Sequence record: MK327934.1
Strand: one strand, 5' to 3'
DNA length: 64,000 nt
Source of the DNA: Escherichia phage vB_EcoM_G2469
Shown here piece after piece: positions 9,705 through 19,021 of the stretch (positions within the stretch are counted from its first letter, which is position 1; the number at the start of each line of letters is the position of its first letter). The notes below the pieces were generated by a model. The model had not been told where the DNA came from. It worked only from the letters and a program-made list of their open reading frames with translations, and did not search any database. A program made the translations under genes and the position numbers.

Positions 9705-9987
9705 TAGCCTGACGAGTAGTAACCCACTGGATTTTAATTAACTTGTCATTGTATGGTTGTCGTAGAATATCCCGAGATTTCTTAATAGCATATTCGTAAG
9801 CTTCGAAGTTGTTTTGAATTGCTGCTTCTTGAGCATGAGCATAAAGACGGTTTAGTTCAAAACGATTCTTTTTAAGAATCTTTTCGGATTTTTTACGTGC
9901 TTCAGCTTCATTTTTCTTTTGGATTTCTTGTAGCATTTTAGCTACTGCATCTTCTGCTTCTTTATTTTCAATAATCTCGGTAGTCAT
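9664..9987 (-). CDS. hypothetical protein
   Basis: 107-aa ORF, lysine/glutamate-rich. Confidence 0.45.
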   Translation of the reverse strand: MTTEIIENKEAEDAVAKMLQEIQKKNEAEARKKSEKILKKNRFELNRLYAHAQEAAIQNNFEAYEYAIKKSRDILRQPYNDKLIKIQWVTTRQAIEDIINGASSNKV

Positions 9988-9988
9988 A

Positions 9989-10198
9989 TTATCTCATTAA
10001 ATTAAAATAAAAACGTCCATCCTCTTCAATACAGAACTCATATTCAACTGGAGTCCCGTTTATCGAAAATGACACGTCATGTGGGTTCAAAGGGTCGATG
10101 TCAAAATTAATTTTAAATTCACGACCCAACAGTTTTACCAAATAAGGGATTGCTTCGTCAAAAGGTTCTTCTAAGTAGTTAGAGATGTCAATTGTCAT
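9989..10198 (-). CDS. hypothetical protein (start trimmed to an internal Met to avoid overlap with gene 55)
   Basis: ORF 9989..10282 overlaps the gp55 C-terminus; internal [13 protein letters not shown] start is more plausible. Confidence 0.4.
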   Translation of the reverse strand: MTIDISNYLEEPFDEAIPYLVKLLGREFKINFDIDPLNPHDVSFSINGTPVEYEFCIEEDGRFYFNLMR

Positions 10199-10763
10199 CC
10201 TCATATAAAAAATCCAAACTAGGCGAATCGCTAACAACTTCCTTCTTTTCAGCCCCAGGAGCTTTATAAGCGGATTCTTCATAATGCGTCATTTTATCGT
10301 AGATGTCTTGAATAAACGTTTCATCTACCAACGCTACCATATCATCGTCATGACTGTCGTAGACATTATGAACGAAGTAACTATATTTCTTTGCAACTTC
10401 CTTACGTTCTTTTTTGATACGTTGGACAAAAGCATTAAAACAAGCTCGAGTTATGTATGCATGTGGGTTATTGTACTTAGTTTCGTCGAAATTATGAAGT
10501 CCCTTAATAGAGGCTTCAATCCCATCTGCAATCATCTCCTGCTTCCAAGACTGGGTATATCCTGAAAAGTTGAAACGTTTGGACAGGCCTTCGGCGATAA
10601 GCATAATTGCTAAACCGATGGTATCATTCTGACGAATAATTTTGTTTGGGTCTTTATTATTTAAGAGCTCCTTTTTCCACTCGATTATAGCGGCGAGAAG
10701 CTCTTTATTATTCACATAGTTATTTTTAGGTTTTTGTTCAGTCATAAGTACCTCTTGGCTCAA
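10188..10763 (-). CDS. 55: late-transcription sigma factor gp55
   Basis: 191-aa ORF ...[72 protein letters not shown]..., matches T4 gp55. Confidence 0.9.
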   Translation of the reverse strand: MSQEVLMTEQKPKNNYVNNKELLAAIIEWKKELLNNKDPNKIIRQNDTIGLAIMLIAEGLSKRFNFSGYTQSWKQEMIADGIEASIKGLHNFDETKYNNPHAYITRACFNAFVQRIKKERKEVAKKYSYFVHNVYDSHDDDMVALVDETFIQDIYDKMTHYEESAYKAPGAEKKEVVSDSPSLDFLYEDDN

Positions 10764-10817
10764 TTCATAGGTCTATTATATCATAATATTTAGAGACCTA
10801 TCTTAAAGCACGAGATA

Positions 10818-11086
10818 CTATCGGAGCAAACAATAAGCCTGAAACACTTTTTCCATTAAACGTTTGAACTCATGGATATCGATATAAAGCTCAGTAAGAC
10901 CGGCATTATAAAGAAAATCTAAAAAGTTCTCATGTGTTTCGTTATAGTCGCCTTCGTTTAATTGAGATACATGAGTTTCCCAAAAACCAACACCTTTAAC
11001 GAATGGAAATACGTGACTTTCATGTATTCGTCAACATAAAATTCGCCCAGCTTTTCTTCAGTTATACTGATTCGAGTTAATTTCAT
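10818..11086 (-). pseudogene. small gene split between two reading frames (frameshift, pseudogene or sequencing error)
   Basis: ATG at 11084-11086 (ATGA-coupled to upstream ORF) reads MKLTRISITEEKLGEFYVDEYMK... then stops after 42 codons; a second frame continues ...ETHENFLDFLYNAGLTELYIDIHEFKRLMEKVFQAYCLLR* to 10818. Confidence 0.3.
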
Positions 11087-11310
11087 TCTAGTTCCTTTGC
11101 TGCTTCAAGAGCAGCATCCAGCGAATCAAATTGGTCAACGAAATCAATATTCAACGCATCGTCAACCGTAGCATATAACCACCATTGTTTGAATTCGTAT
11201 TCTAGAATAAATCCAGGACCTTCAATCTGAGGAAGACCTAGACTATTTGTACCAACTTCGTAACCAGCTAGACGCAGGTCATTAATCAAAGTTTCTGTTA
11301 ATACGCTCAT
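11083..11310 (-). CDS. hypothetical protein
   Basis: 75-aa acidic ORF. Confidence 0.45.
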   Translation of the reverse strand: MSVLTETLINDLRLAGYEVGTNSLGLPQIEGPGFILEYEFKQWWLYATVDDALNIDFVDQFDSLDAALEAAKELE

Positions 11311-11687
11311 TTTACCGCCTTAACAATTTTAAGGTCAACGAATTTTTTCTTACGTTGATTTTTCATACGACGGATAGTCTTTTCAGAGATTTCATGTTTC
11401 TGATAAGCTTTAGATTCAACACCAAATGCAGCAACGTCAAATTCAGAAAGAATATATTGTACTAGAATTTCACGAATAGAATTACGTCCAATTTTCTGGT
11501 CGTGTTTTTGCATGATTTCATAAAGACGGAATTCCCACGCATCAAGAACTTGAGGAGTAACAATATTGCCAGATTCCAGAAGAGCAACAACTTTATCGAA
11601 AGCGAAAGAATTAACTACGTTTTTGATTTTAGTAGACATATTATTTTCCTCGGTTATTTTATTATCCAACGAGAGAATTATACTCAT
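11307..11687 (-). CDS. hypothetical protein
   Basis: 126-aa ORF. Confidence 0.5.
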   Translation of the reverse strand: MSIILSLDNKITEENNMSTKIKNVVNSFAFDKVVALLESGNIVTPQVLDAWEFRLYEIMQKHDQKIGRNSIREILVQYILSEFDVAAFGVESKAYQKHEISEKTIRRMKNQRKKKFVDLKIVKAVK

Positions 11688-11705
11688 CTCTCAAGAGTTT
11701 GTATA

Positions 11706-11945
11706 CTATTTTTTAAGCATGAAAAGTAAGTAATTTGTATCACGTGGAGTAATATCAACACCCATATCAAAGATGCCTTTATAGATTGGGTATTTGTTTT
11801 CGGTTGTATCGAAGCTGAAACTATTTCCATCACAACTAACAGTAATAGCATCTGTTAAAATGTCATACTCAATCCTAACAATTGAATCCCCAATTTTAAC
11901 GTCGAGGTGTTTTTTGAATTTGATAAAATCTAATTCTTGGGCCAT
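11706..11945 (-). CDS. hypothetical protein
   Basis: 79-aa ORF. Confidence 0.45.
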   Translation of the reverse strand: MAQELDFIKFKKHLDVKIGDSIVRIEYDILTDAITVSCDGNSFSFDTTENKYPIYKGIFDMGVDITPRDTNYLLFMLKK

Positions 11946-12008
11946 GATATTTTCCTCATTTTAAGACGATAGGAAGATAATAACATGTCTTCCTATCGTT
12001 GTACATTA

Positions 12009-12209
12009 TTAACCGAACTTTTTAGCGCCTTTCCAGCCTTCGTACATAACTGCACAAGTCAGTAGTACAGCGTGCTGGCATTCTTTGTATTTGTAAATCC
12101 AGAACCAGCGTAAGAAGTCTTCATCCTCAACGCCGTTGAGTTTCATATTGGCAAAGAATTCGGCACGTTCTTCACGAAGCTTTTGCGATAACATAGATTC
12201 AGGATTCAT
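12009..12209 (-). CDS. hypothetical protein
   Basis: 66-aa ORF. Confidence 0.4.
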   Translation of the reverse strand: MNPESMLSQKLREERAEFFANMKLNGVEDEDFLRWFWIYKYKECQHAVLLTCAVMYEGWKGAKKFG

Positions 12210-12340
12210 TTTGTGTTCCAGGCCCCATTTTCATCGATGAACTTAATCCAGTCATTTACAGACCATTTAGTTGTATCACCCTTTGGATTAACATTTAAAG
12301 TATATAATCCCTGCTTAAAAAGCATTCGTTTGATATTCAT
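12206..12340 (-). CDS. hypothetical small protein (start trimmed to internal Met)
   Basis: ORF 12206..12433; internal start MNIKRMLFKQ avoids overlap with the upstream ORF. Confidence 0.3.
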   Translation of the reverse strand: MNIKRMLFKQGLYTLNVNPKGDTTKWSVNDWIKFIDENGAWNTK

Positions 12341-12347
12341 AATTTCC

Positions 12348-12641
12348 TCAACTGTAACGATAACATTCGTTAGCTTTACGTTTGGCTTCAGTATGAGAAG
12401 TATTATAATCATACTCTTCTTTACTGTAAACATCTTTTTTCAACTTACGAACTTCTTTGCGGAGTTGTCGATTCATTTCGTTCTTGACTTCAGAATCAAC
12501 GCCTTTCATACGTTTCCATTTATCTGAGCGGAAGATGTTTTCAACCATGTCTTTGTGGCTAACACCGTCAGGAGCTTTACGCTTACCAAAATAGTCGTAA
12601 TCGCGAACTTTCAAATCTTTACGACGATATGTTTTACCCAT
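12348..12641 (-). CDS. hypothetical basic protein
   Basis: ORF 12348..12668, probable start MGKTYRRKDLK; lysine/arginine-rich. Confidence 0.4.
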   Translation of the reverse strand: MGKTYRRKDLKVRDYDYFGKRKAPDGVSHKDMVENIFRSDKWKRMKGVDSEVKNEMNRQLRKEVRKLKKDVYSKEEYDYNTSHTEAKRKANECYRYS

Positions 12642-12648
12642 AAGTACC

Positions 12649-12897
12649 TCAGAGGTTGATTGATACAACGCGTTTGATAAAATTCACTTCACTTACTGAA
12701 AGGTCTTTAAGACCGATTGATTCTAAACGCTGAGTAAGCGTCAACATCGGGATATAATCCCAATGAGTTTTAGTTGCTTGATAAGTACGAACTCCATTAG
12801 CAATTTCAACGTTCAAATCGGAAATGGTAATGAATATCGGACGCTCGTCATTAACTTTAAGGGTTAGAACAACTTTCTTTGAATCTAAACTAATCAT
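12649..12897 (-). CDS. hypothetical protein
   Basis: 82-aa ORF. Confidence 0.4.
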   Translation of the reverse strand: MISLDSKKVVLTLKVNDERPIFITISDLNVEIANGVRTYQATKTHWDYIPMLTLTQRLESIGLKDLSVSEVNFIKRVVSINL

Positions 12898-13076
12898 GAC
12901 TTAATTTCCTTCGCAATTGAACAGAAGATACCACGGTCACAAAGCATTTCACCAATTTCTGGATATTTGATTGAACGGTACCAAACATCCAGGCTTGAAA
13001 CTCTGGTTATCTGTATGGCATTACCATTGACAGAATAGTACTGGTCAACCTTAATTTCTTTATCTTCAATTGTCAT
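12894..13076 (-). CDS. hypothetical protein (start at internal ATG 13074-13076)
   Basis: MTIEDKEIKVDQYYSVNGNAIQITRV...; the longer ORF 12894..13238 has an implausible N-extension. Confidence 0.4.
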   Translation of the reverse strand: MTIEDKEIKVDQYYSVNGNAIQITRVSSLDVWYRSIKYPEIGEMLCDRGIFCSIAKEIKS

Positions 13077-13242
13077 TTTATTTTCCTCTATAGTAGATGG
13101 TTTAATCTTAACACATCTATTGAGGATGTAAACTGTTTTATGAAAATATTTTTTGATTTGAGAGGGGCACAAGGAGATAGTGAAGTGAAGATTCCAATGG
13201 ATTATATTAGAAATGAGATAAAGAAGACCAGGCGGCACCTGG

Positions 13243-13566
13243 TCAATCTTCTATGATATCAGAGTCATATCCTAATGAAATCAAGGACTTTTTAAACTCT
13301 GCAATATTCTTTTGTTTCTTATCATTTAAAAATATGACAGGATAACGAATATTAAGTGAAGTGAATCCTGCACGTTTAGCAAGAGATACGATTAAAGGAC
13401 GGTCATATTCAATCTTACCATTATTAGTGAGGACTTTATAAAATGTATAAGGAGCATTGAGATCCTTTAAAAGTTTTGTAACAGCATAACATCCTGGACA
13501 ACGTCCTACTTCTTCAGGAATGCCATAGATTTCAATCTTGTTCTTTAAGTTCGAGTTTTGTTCCAC
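13243..13566 (-). CDS. nrdH: glutaredoxin-like protein, probable NrdH (start uncertain, possibly non-ATG)
   Basis: KIEIYGIPEEVGRCPGCYAVTKLLKDL... contains a CxxC redox motif; sits upstream of nrdG/nrdD. Confidence 0.5.
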   Translation of the reverse strand: MEQNSNLKNKIEIYGIPEEVGRCPGCYAVTKLLKDLNAPYTFYKVLTNNGKIEYDRPLIVSLAKRAGFTSLNIRYPVIFLNDKKQKNIAEFKKSLISLGYDSDIIED

Positions 13567-13849
13567 GAGAAATAATTCCTTGGTAAGCCCAATAAGGAGG
13601 ATTAACAGAATCCTCGCCAGAGTTTTCTTCAGGAAAATAAACCTGGATAACAAATCCAGATTCATCAAAGGTAAAATAAACCGTAGGCAATTCACCTAAC
13701 AATTCGGCACGAGCATTAATTTCTTCTAGATCTCGTTCACGTCCAGCCCAAAAACTAGGATTTAGATTACATTCGTAAAAATAATAGTCATTACCGAACA
13801 TATCAAAACCATTCCAACTCTCTACTACATACCGCTCAAAACTAATCAT
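13532..13849 (-). CDS. hypothetical protein
   Basis: 105-aa ORF. Confidence 0.45.
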   Translation of the reverse strand: MISFERYVVESWNGFDMFGNDYYFYECNLNPSFWAGRERDLEEINARAELLGELPTVYFTFDESGFVIQVYFPEENSGEDSVNPPYWAYQGIISRGTKLELKEQD

Positions 13850-13851
13850 AA

Positions 13852-14067
13852 TTAAGCCTTTTTATCAAGAACAGAATTCAGTTTATTAGTAATTTTGTCC
13901 AAACGTTCATTGAATTCGCTGGAGGATAAACCCTTTTCTGGAGAAATTAAACTAATCACGAAAAATACACCAGTAAAAGGAATAAGAAAAATAGCTCCAA
14001 CTGCCATAAACAAAAAGAACGTTACAGTTGTAAGAAAATCAGCTAAACCTTTACGAAATTTGTACAT
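13852..14067 (-). CDS. hypothetical membrane protein
   Basis: 71-aa ORF with hydrophobic segment TVTFFLFMAVGAIFLIPFTGVFFVISLI. Confidence 0.45.
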   Translation of the reverse strand: MYKFRKGLADFLTTVTFFLFMAVGAIFLIPFTGVFFVISLISPEKGLSSSEFNERLDKITNKLNSVLDKKA

Positions 14068-14177
14068 ATTTACCCTTAATTAACTAAGCATTGATAATCA
14101 TTAAACTATATTGCGAATAAAATTCTGGACCAAAACGAAAAATCATATCATTTATAGTATCCATAATGTAATTCAAT

Positions 14178-14648
14178 TTAATCATGTTTCCACACCCCAT
14201 CGGTATTTGACCAAAGTCGCTGATTATCTGATCCTCGCCACAGCTTTTTAGTCGGAAGATTTTTCTCATACTTCCCATCAATAATAACATCAACATATTT
14301 AAGCATTTCTAGTTGTTTAATATCTTCAAACTTATATCCTGTCCACAACCAAATGCTTTTATTGGGATAAAGATTTTTTACTGTTTGAGCAATGCAATGA
14401 ATAACATCTCGGTTATCAGGATAGAGAGGGTCACCTCCGGTTATAGTTAATCCTTCTATATAATCATTATTCAAACATTCAATTAATTGTTCTAGTGTTT
14501 CACCAGTGAATGGAACACCATTTCTAGCATTCCATGTTGATTTATTATAACACCCTTCGCATTTATGCAAACAACCCGTAACGAAAAGAACGACCCTGCA
14601 TCCGGGGCCATTCACAAAATCGCAAGGATAAAATCTATCATAATTCAT
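14178..14648 (-). CDS. nrdG: anaerobic ribonucleotide reductase activating protein NrdG (radical SAM)
   Basis: 156-aa ORF, CxxxCxxC motif GCLHKCEGC; adjacent to nrdD. Confidence 0.9.
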   Translation of the reverse strand: MNYDRFYPCDFVNGPGCRVVLFVTGCLHKCEGCYNKSTWNARNGVPFTGETLEQLIECLNNDYIEGLTITGGDPLYPDNRDVIHCIAQTVKNLYPNKSIWLWTGYKFEDIKQLEMLKYVDVIIDGKYEKNLPTKKLWRGSDNQRLWSNTDGVWKHD

Positions 14649-16462
14649 TGGTGTTTAACCCTATGCATGATTTCTTTATTTTTACCGAGATTAAATCCGC
14701 GTTCGTTCGGATTTCCCAAATAACCGCATGTTCTTCTTATGGTGTTCATCTTTTTAGGATCAGTTTCTCCACAGATAGAACAAACAAATCCGTTTTCAGT
14801 AGGAGTCATTTCATGGGTACTTCCACATGTAAAACATTTATCTACTGGCATATTAACACCAAAATAATCTAAATGTTGTGCAGCATAATCCCAGACGGCC
14901 TCAAGTCCTTTTAAGTTATTTTTCATATCAGGAAGTTCAACATAAGAAATGTGACCACCTGTCGCAATGAAATGATATGGCGCTTCACGAGAAATCTTTT
15001 CAAACGGAGTAATATTTTCTTCTACTGAAACGTGGAAACTGTTAGTGTACCAGCCTTTATCGGTAACATCTTTTACACTTCCATATTTTTCTGTATCGAG
15101 TTTACAGAAGCGATAACAAAGGTTTTCAGCAGGAGTAGAATACAAACTAAAAGCAAAACCAGTTCTTTCAGACCACTGTTTAAGATGAGCATTCATTTTA
15201 GTTAAAATTTCTTGTCCAATATCACGACCGACAAGAATATTCAATTCGTGAATACCAATGTATCCTAAAGACACTGAACTTCTACCGTTTTTAAATAACT
15301 CAATTATGTCGTCATCAGGTTTAAGACGAACCCCGAATGCACCTTCTTGGTAAAGAATAGGAGCAACAGTTGCTTTAACACCCTTTAAAGAACTAATTCT
15401 ACACATCAAGGCTTCAAAACACAGATCCATTCGTTCATTAAACAATTCGATAAATTTCTGTTCATTGAACTGTGTTCCAATATAAGAATCTAATGCGATA
15501 CGAGGAAGATTCAGTGTTACAACACCAAGATTATTACGTCCATCAAGAATTTCATTACCGGTTGAATCTTTCCACACACTCAAAAAACTGCGGCAACCCA
15601 TTGGAGAAACAGGAATAGATGAGCCGGTGATAGCTTTATTGTTCTTAGCTGAAATAATATCAGGATACATTCTTTTGCTTGCACATTCTAACGCAAGTTG
15701 TTTAATATCATAGTTCGGATCATCTTTATAAAGATTAACACCTTCTTCAACAAACATAACAAGCTTAGGGAAAATAGGAGTTATCCCATCACGACCAAGA
15801 CCTTTAATACGATTTTTCAGAATTGCTTTCTGAATCATTCGTTCAGTCCAGTCAGTTCCCGTACCAAATGTAATTGTTACAAAAGGCGTTTGCCCGTTTG
15901 AACTAAAGAGAGTGTTTACTTCATATTCATAAGCTTGGAATGCATCGTATACATCTTTTTCTGTTTTAGATTGAGCATAATTCAACGCATCAGCGATTTG
16001 CCATTTTTCTGCATCCTCAATATGTTTTGCATAGGTGCGTTTAACATAAGGAGAAAGTACTTTATCTACATTAGCAAAAGTCGTTCCGCCGTATTGGTGG
16101 GAAGCAACTTGTGCAGTAATTTGTGCCATAATTGCAGTAGCAACACCAATCGATTTAGGCGTTTCAATTTGAGCATTGCCTAATTTAAATCCGTTCTCAA
16201 GCATCCCCTTTAAATCGACTAAACAGCAATTAGTAAATGGAAGAGCAGGGGAATAATCAATATCGTGGAAATGGATAATTCCGCTTTCATGTGCTTTCAT
16301 AATAAAAGACGGGACCATATTTTTGGCAATGTGTTTAGACACAATACCAGCCATAAGGTCCCGTTGAGTTGGAAAAACACGAGAATCTTTATTAGCATTC
16401 TCGTTTAAAAGGTCTTTATTAGTTTTATTAATCAGTCCTTCAATTTCTTTTTCAATTTTCAT
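14645..16462 (-). CDS. nrdD: anaerobic ribonucleoside-triphosphate reductase NrdD, uninterrupted (no intron)
   Basis: 605-aa continuous ORF ending ...RRTCGYLGNPNERGFNLGKNKEIMHRVKHQ (glycyl radical region). Confidence 0.9.
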   Translation of the reverse strand: MKIEKEIEGLINKTNKDLLNENANKDSRVFPTQRDLMAGIVSKHIAKNMVPSFIMKAHESGIIHFHDIDYSPALPFTNCCLVDLKGMLENGFKLGNAQIETPKSIGVATAIMAQITAQVASHQYGGTTFANVDKVLSPYVKRTYAKHIEDAEKWQIADALNYAQSKTEKDVYDAFQAYEYEVNTLFSSNGQTPFVTITFGTGTDWTERMIQKAILKNRIKGLGRDGITPIFPKLVMFVEEGVNLYKDDPNYDIKQLALECASKRMYPDIISAKNNKAITGSSIPVSPMGCRSFLSVWKDSTGNEILDGRNNLGVVTLNLPRIALDSYIGTQFNEQKFIELFNERMDLCFEALMCRISSLKGVKATVAPILYQEGAFGVRLKPDDDIIELFKNGRSSVSLGYIGIHELNILVGRDIGQEILTKMNAHLKQWSERTGFAFSLYSTPAENLCYRFCKLDTEKYGSVKDVTDKGWYTNSFHVSVEENITPFEKISREAPYHFIATGGHISYVELPDMKNNLKGLEAVWDYAAQHLDYFGVNMPVDKCFTCGSTHEMTPTENGFVCSICGETDPKKMNTIRRTCGYLGNPNERGFNLGKNKEIMHRVKHQ

Positions 16463-16932
16463 TTTAAACTCTTTCTAAGCTGCTTTTTGAATGAAGCTAT
16501 TAATTGTGTTTTAGTATCAGATTCATTATATTCAAATCCTCTTTGAAGCATCTCGGTCATCATTTCCTCTTTACCTAGTCTTGAGAACTCTTTAGTTTTG
16601 TCTGGAACAAAATTAGGATGGATATTATTAGCAGAATAATCTTGTTTCAAATAAGCAAGAAGAGCTTCAAGCCATTCGAGGTAGTCGACATCACGACCTT
16701 TAAGACCAGAACGGTTGAACTTATGCTTCATTTGGCCTTCTGCTGCGTTGCACAGAGAACAGAGTAACCCACGAACTCTACCGGCTTTTGGCCCGTTTAA
16801 TTCATGGTCGTGGTCAAGATGGTTACCTTGAACATCAGGGTCTAATTCACGGTGGCAAATAGGACACTTACCATTCTGTGCATCATAAAATTTTTGTTTT
16901 TCTTCTTTATATTTTGCGCCTGATAATAACAT
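16459..16932 (-). CDS. 49: endonuclease VII (Holliday junction resolvase) gp49
   Basis: 157 aa, MLLSGAKYKEEKQKFYDAQNGKCPICHRELDPDVQGNHLDHDHELNGPKAG..., matches T4 endo VII. Confidence 0.9.
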   Translation of the reverse strand: MLLSGAKYKEEKQKFYDAQNGKCPICHRELDPDVQGNHLDHDHELNGPKAGRVRGLLCSLCNAAEGQMKHKFNRSGLKGRDVDYLEWLEALLAYLKQDYSANNIHPNFVPDKTKEFSRLGKEEMMTEMLQRGFEYNESDTKTQLIASFKKQLRKSLK

Positions 16933-16967
16933 GATAAACCCTTACCTTAAATAGATAAGGGTATTTA

Positions 16968-17393
16968 TTAACTTAAACGTCTTTCTAAATATTCAATGTA
17001 TTCTGCGGCTGCTTGCATCAGGTTACCTTCATAGCCGTCGTTATTTTCTTGTCCGGCTAATTTAGCTAATGCATAAGAAATTCGTTCACCTTCGAATTCA
17101 CCAAGTTTACTACCTAGCACATCCGCAATATCAGCCGAATCAATTTCTTCGAGTTCATCTATTGAATGTGATTCCCAGAAGCACCAAAGAGAAGTATCAC
17201 GGTCATAGATGCAAAGTTTCTCACCAGTATTCAACATCACTTCAATAATGCCATGGTCGCCATAACCATCTTCGGTCGTAGTACCAATTACCTTGATGAT
17301 TGTATCTTTCTTTAATTCAGGAAACTTATCTTGGAGTTCTTCGTCATCTTTAACAATCTTGAACCACTTACCACGTGTGTCAGAAATATTCAT
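16968..17393 (-). CDS. hypothetical acidic protein (occupies the position of T4 pin)
   Basis: 141-aa ORF downstream of gene 49. Confidence 0.4.
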   Translation of the reverse strand: MNISDTRGKWFKIVKDDEELQDKFPELKKDTIIKVIGTTTEDGYGDHGIIEVMLNTGEKLCIYDRDTSLWCFWESHSIDELEEIDSADIADVLGSKLGEFEGERISYALAKLAGQENNDGYEGNLMQAAAEYIEYLERRLS

Positions 17394-17394
17394 A

Positions 17395-17592
17395 TCAATA
17401 TCCTCTATAAAAGTTGCGATGCGTGCGTTTCGCTTTGCGAAGCTGACGTTTAGTTGGTCGAACCGTAAATGGTCGTCCGGAGAAAAAATTTGGTTCAGTT
17501 TTAATCAACACATACCAATCGTGTTCGCCACTTTTTAATAAACGGTATAACAATTTAACTTGCATAATAATCTCTTCCCATTTCCAAATCAA
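17395..17592 (-). CDS. hypothetical protein
   Basis: 65-aa ORF. Confidence 0.35.
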   Translation of the reverse strand: MIWKWEEIIMQVKLLYRLLKSGEHDWYVLIKTEPNFFSGRPFTVRPTKRQLRKAKRTHRNFYRGY

Positions 17593-17693
17593 TCATATCG
17601 TTTACTGTAGGTTCATCATAACACGTTTCTTCGTCGTTGTAAACTGTTTCGACGTCTGGCTCGACAGTTTCCCATCGAGCCGAATACCATGGT

Positions 17694-18050
17694 TTAGCCC
17701 CGGAGTTTATTGAGCTCTTCATAATCAATCCAGGATTCTAGCCCTGACGGCAGATCACATTCAATGTTCCACAGAAGCTCTTCAATGGCTTGCAGGCGAT
17801 TATATTCTTCAACGGTAATGGTAACCATTGGTGCAACCGGTTCTGCCTTTTTAACCATCATATCGTTCATCAGGACGTAAAGGCCATCACGAACGACAGT
17901 GTCGTTCCAACCCCATGATTTGGCTTCGTAAGCTAATGATGAAGGGAGCACATTTAAAACTTCAATAATAGTTGGAGCATCAGGACCAAGTTCATTGGCA
18001 CAAACTTCGTATACATCTTGGAAATCTTTAAGATTTAATGAATATGTCAT
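17694..18050 (-). CDS. hypothetical protein
   Basis: 118-aa ORF. Confidence 0.45.
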   Translation of the reverse strand: MTYSLNLKDFQDVYEVCANELGPDAPTIIEVLNVLPSSLAYEAKSWGWNDTVVRDGLYVLMNDMMVKKAEPVAPMVTITVEEYNRLQAIEELLWNIECDLPSGLESWIDYEELNKLRG

Positions 18051-18310
18051 TTAAAATATTCTCGTAGTTGGTCAAAGCCACCGATCGAAGTTCCATCAGG
18101 AGCAAACACCTGAGGCATCGTCAATCCAACATGTGTTTCACGTCCAAGCTTAGCCAGAAGCTCAGCAATTTTTTCTTCATCGAATACACCTTTTTCTGGC
18201 ATAACATTAATGAATTCGAACGGCTGTTTCTTAACAGTCAGCAATCGTTTCGCATTATCACAATAAATGCATTTATGAATAGTAGAGTCATACCCGTACA
18301 CTTTAAACAT
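18047..18310 (-). CDS. nrdC: thioredoxin/glutaredoxin NrdC
   Basis: MFKVYGYDSTIHKCIYCDNAKRLLTVKKQPFEFINVMPEKGVF..., matches T4 NrdC; an alternative ATG lies at 18323-18325. Confidence 0.9.
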   Translation of the reverse strand: MFKVYGYDSTIHKCIYCDNAKRLLTVKKQPFEFINVMPEKGVFDEEKIAELLAKLGRETHVGLTMPQVFAPDGTSIGGFDQLREYFK

Positions 18311-18716
18311 TATTTTTCCTTTCATCGATTAAATATGCAATGCCAAATACAATACATGTAATAAAACCTGTGATACAGATAGAAACCAACAACACTGTAC
18401 CAAAGAACCAAATCAAGTTATCTTTAGTAGTTTGTTTGATATCCATCTCACGAATTTCTATAGCTATCGTATCACCTTTATTCAGAAGCGTATAAAACGA
18501 CGGTGATACACGCCTGTCAAAAACTCGTCCTTGCTCATCTTTATAGACTGCAATAAATTCTAATTTAGAATATTTTCCTGTAGATTGGCCTGAGATTAAT
18601 TCCACTACCTCCACAGGAATTACTTTAGTTTCCATGTAAGTATTCTGACTGTTCCAAATGAATGGAATAATAGCAAAAACTAAAGCTGCGATAAAACAAC
18701 GAAGGCTATATCTCAT
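18303..18716 (-). CDS. hypothetical membrane protein
   Basis: 137-aa ORF with N- and C-terminal hydrophobic helices. Confidence 0.5.
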   Translation of the reverse strand: MRYSLRCFIAALVFAIIPFIWNSQNTYMETKVIPVEVVELISGQSTGKYSKLEFIAVYKDEQGRVFDRRVSPSFYTLLNKGDTIAIEIREMDIKQTTKDNLIWFFGTVLLVSICITGFITCIVFGIAYLIDERKNNV

Positions 18717-19021
18717 TATAATGTTCTCTCAAATTTGTGGAAGCATTTACGGCATTTCAATTTCAAGTTATCAGTGGTCCAGTTAACCAGTTGGACTTGG
18801 ATAGTTCCACATTCCGGGCATGGATGTTTTGCTGCCGATTTGGCAGCATTTTCACGTCGTTCAACCATTTTCATTATTTCGTTCCATGCCGGAGGAACGA
18901 ACTCTTCTTCACCGTGGATTTTATCTCGCTGAACAAATTCAATCTTTGAACTATCGTCAATAAACTTAACCAAGCGGTGATTAGTGTTCATATCAATATC
19001 CTCTAGAAGACGTAGGTTCAT
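18716..19021 (-). CDS. hypothetical zinc-ribbon protein
   Basis: 101-aa ORF with CPECG...CRKC motifs. Confidence 0.5.
   Translation of the reverse strand: MNLRLLEDIDMNTNHRLVKFIDDSSKIEFVQRDKIHGEEEFVPPAWNEIMKMVERRENAAKSAAKHPCPECGTIQVQLVNWTTDNLKLKCRKCFHKFERTL

Noticed and set aside
14084-14296. 70-aa minus-strand ORF overlapping the 3' part of nrdG
   Set aside because: Overlaps nrdG in another frame with an implausible composition; likely spurious.
15698-16183. Plus-strand ORFs antisense to nrdD; similar antisense ORFs inside genes 46, 47, 44 and 55
   Set aside because: Short, overlapping well-supported genes on the opposite strand, with no RBS or promoter context.
14645-16462. Possible group I intron / homing endonuclease in nrdD, as in T4
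   Set aside because: The nrdD ORF is one uninterrupted 605-codon frame with no insertion.
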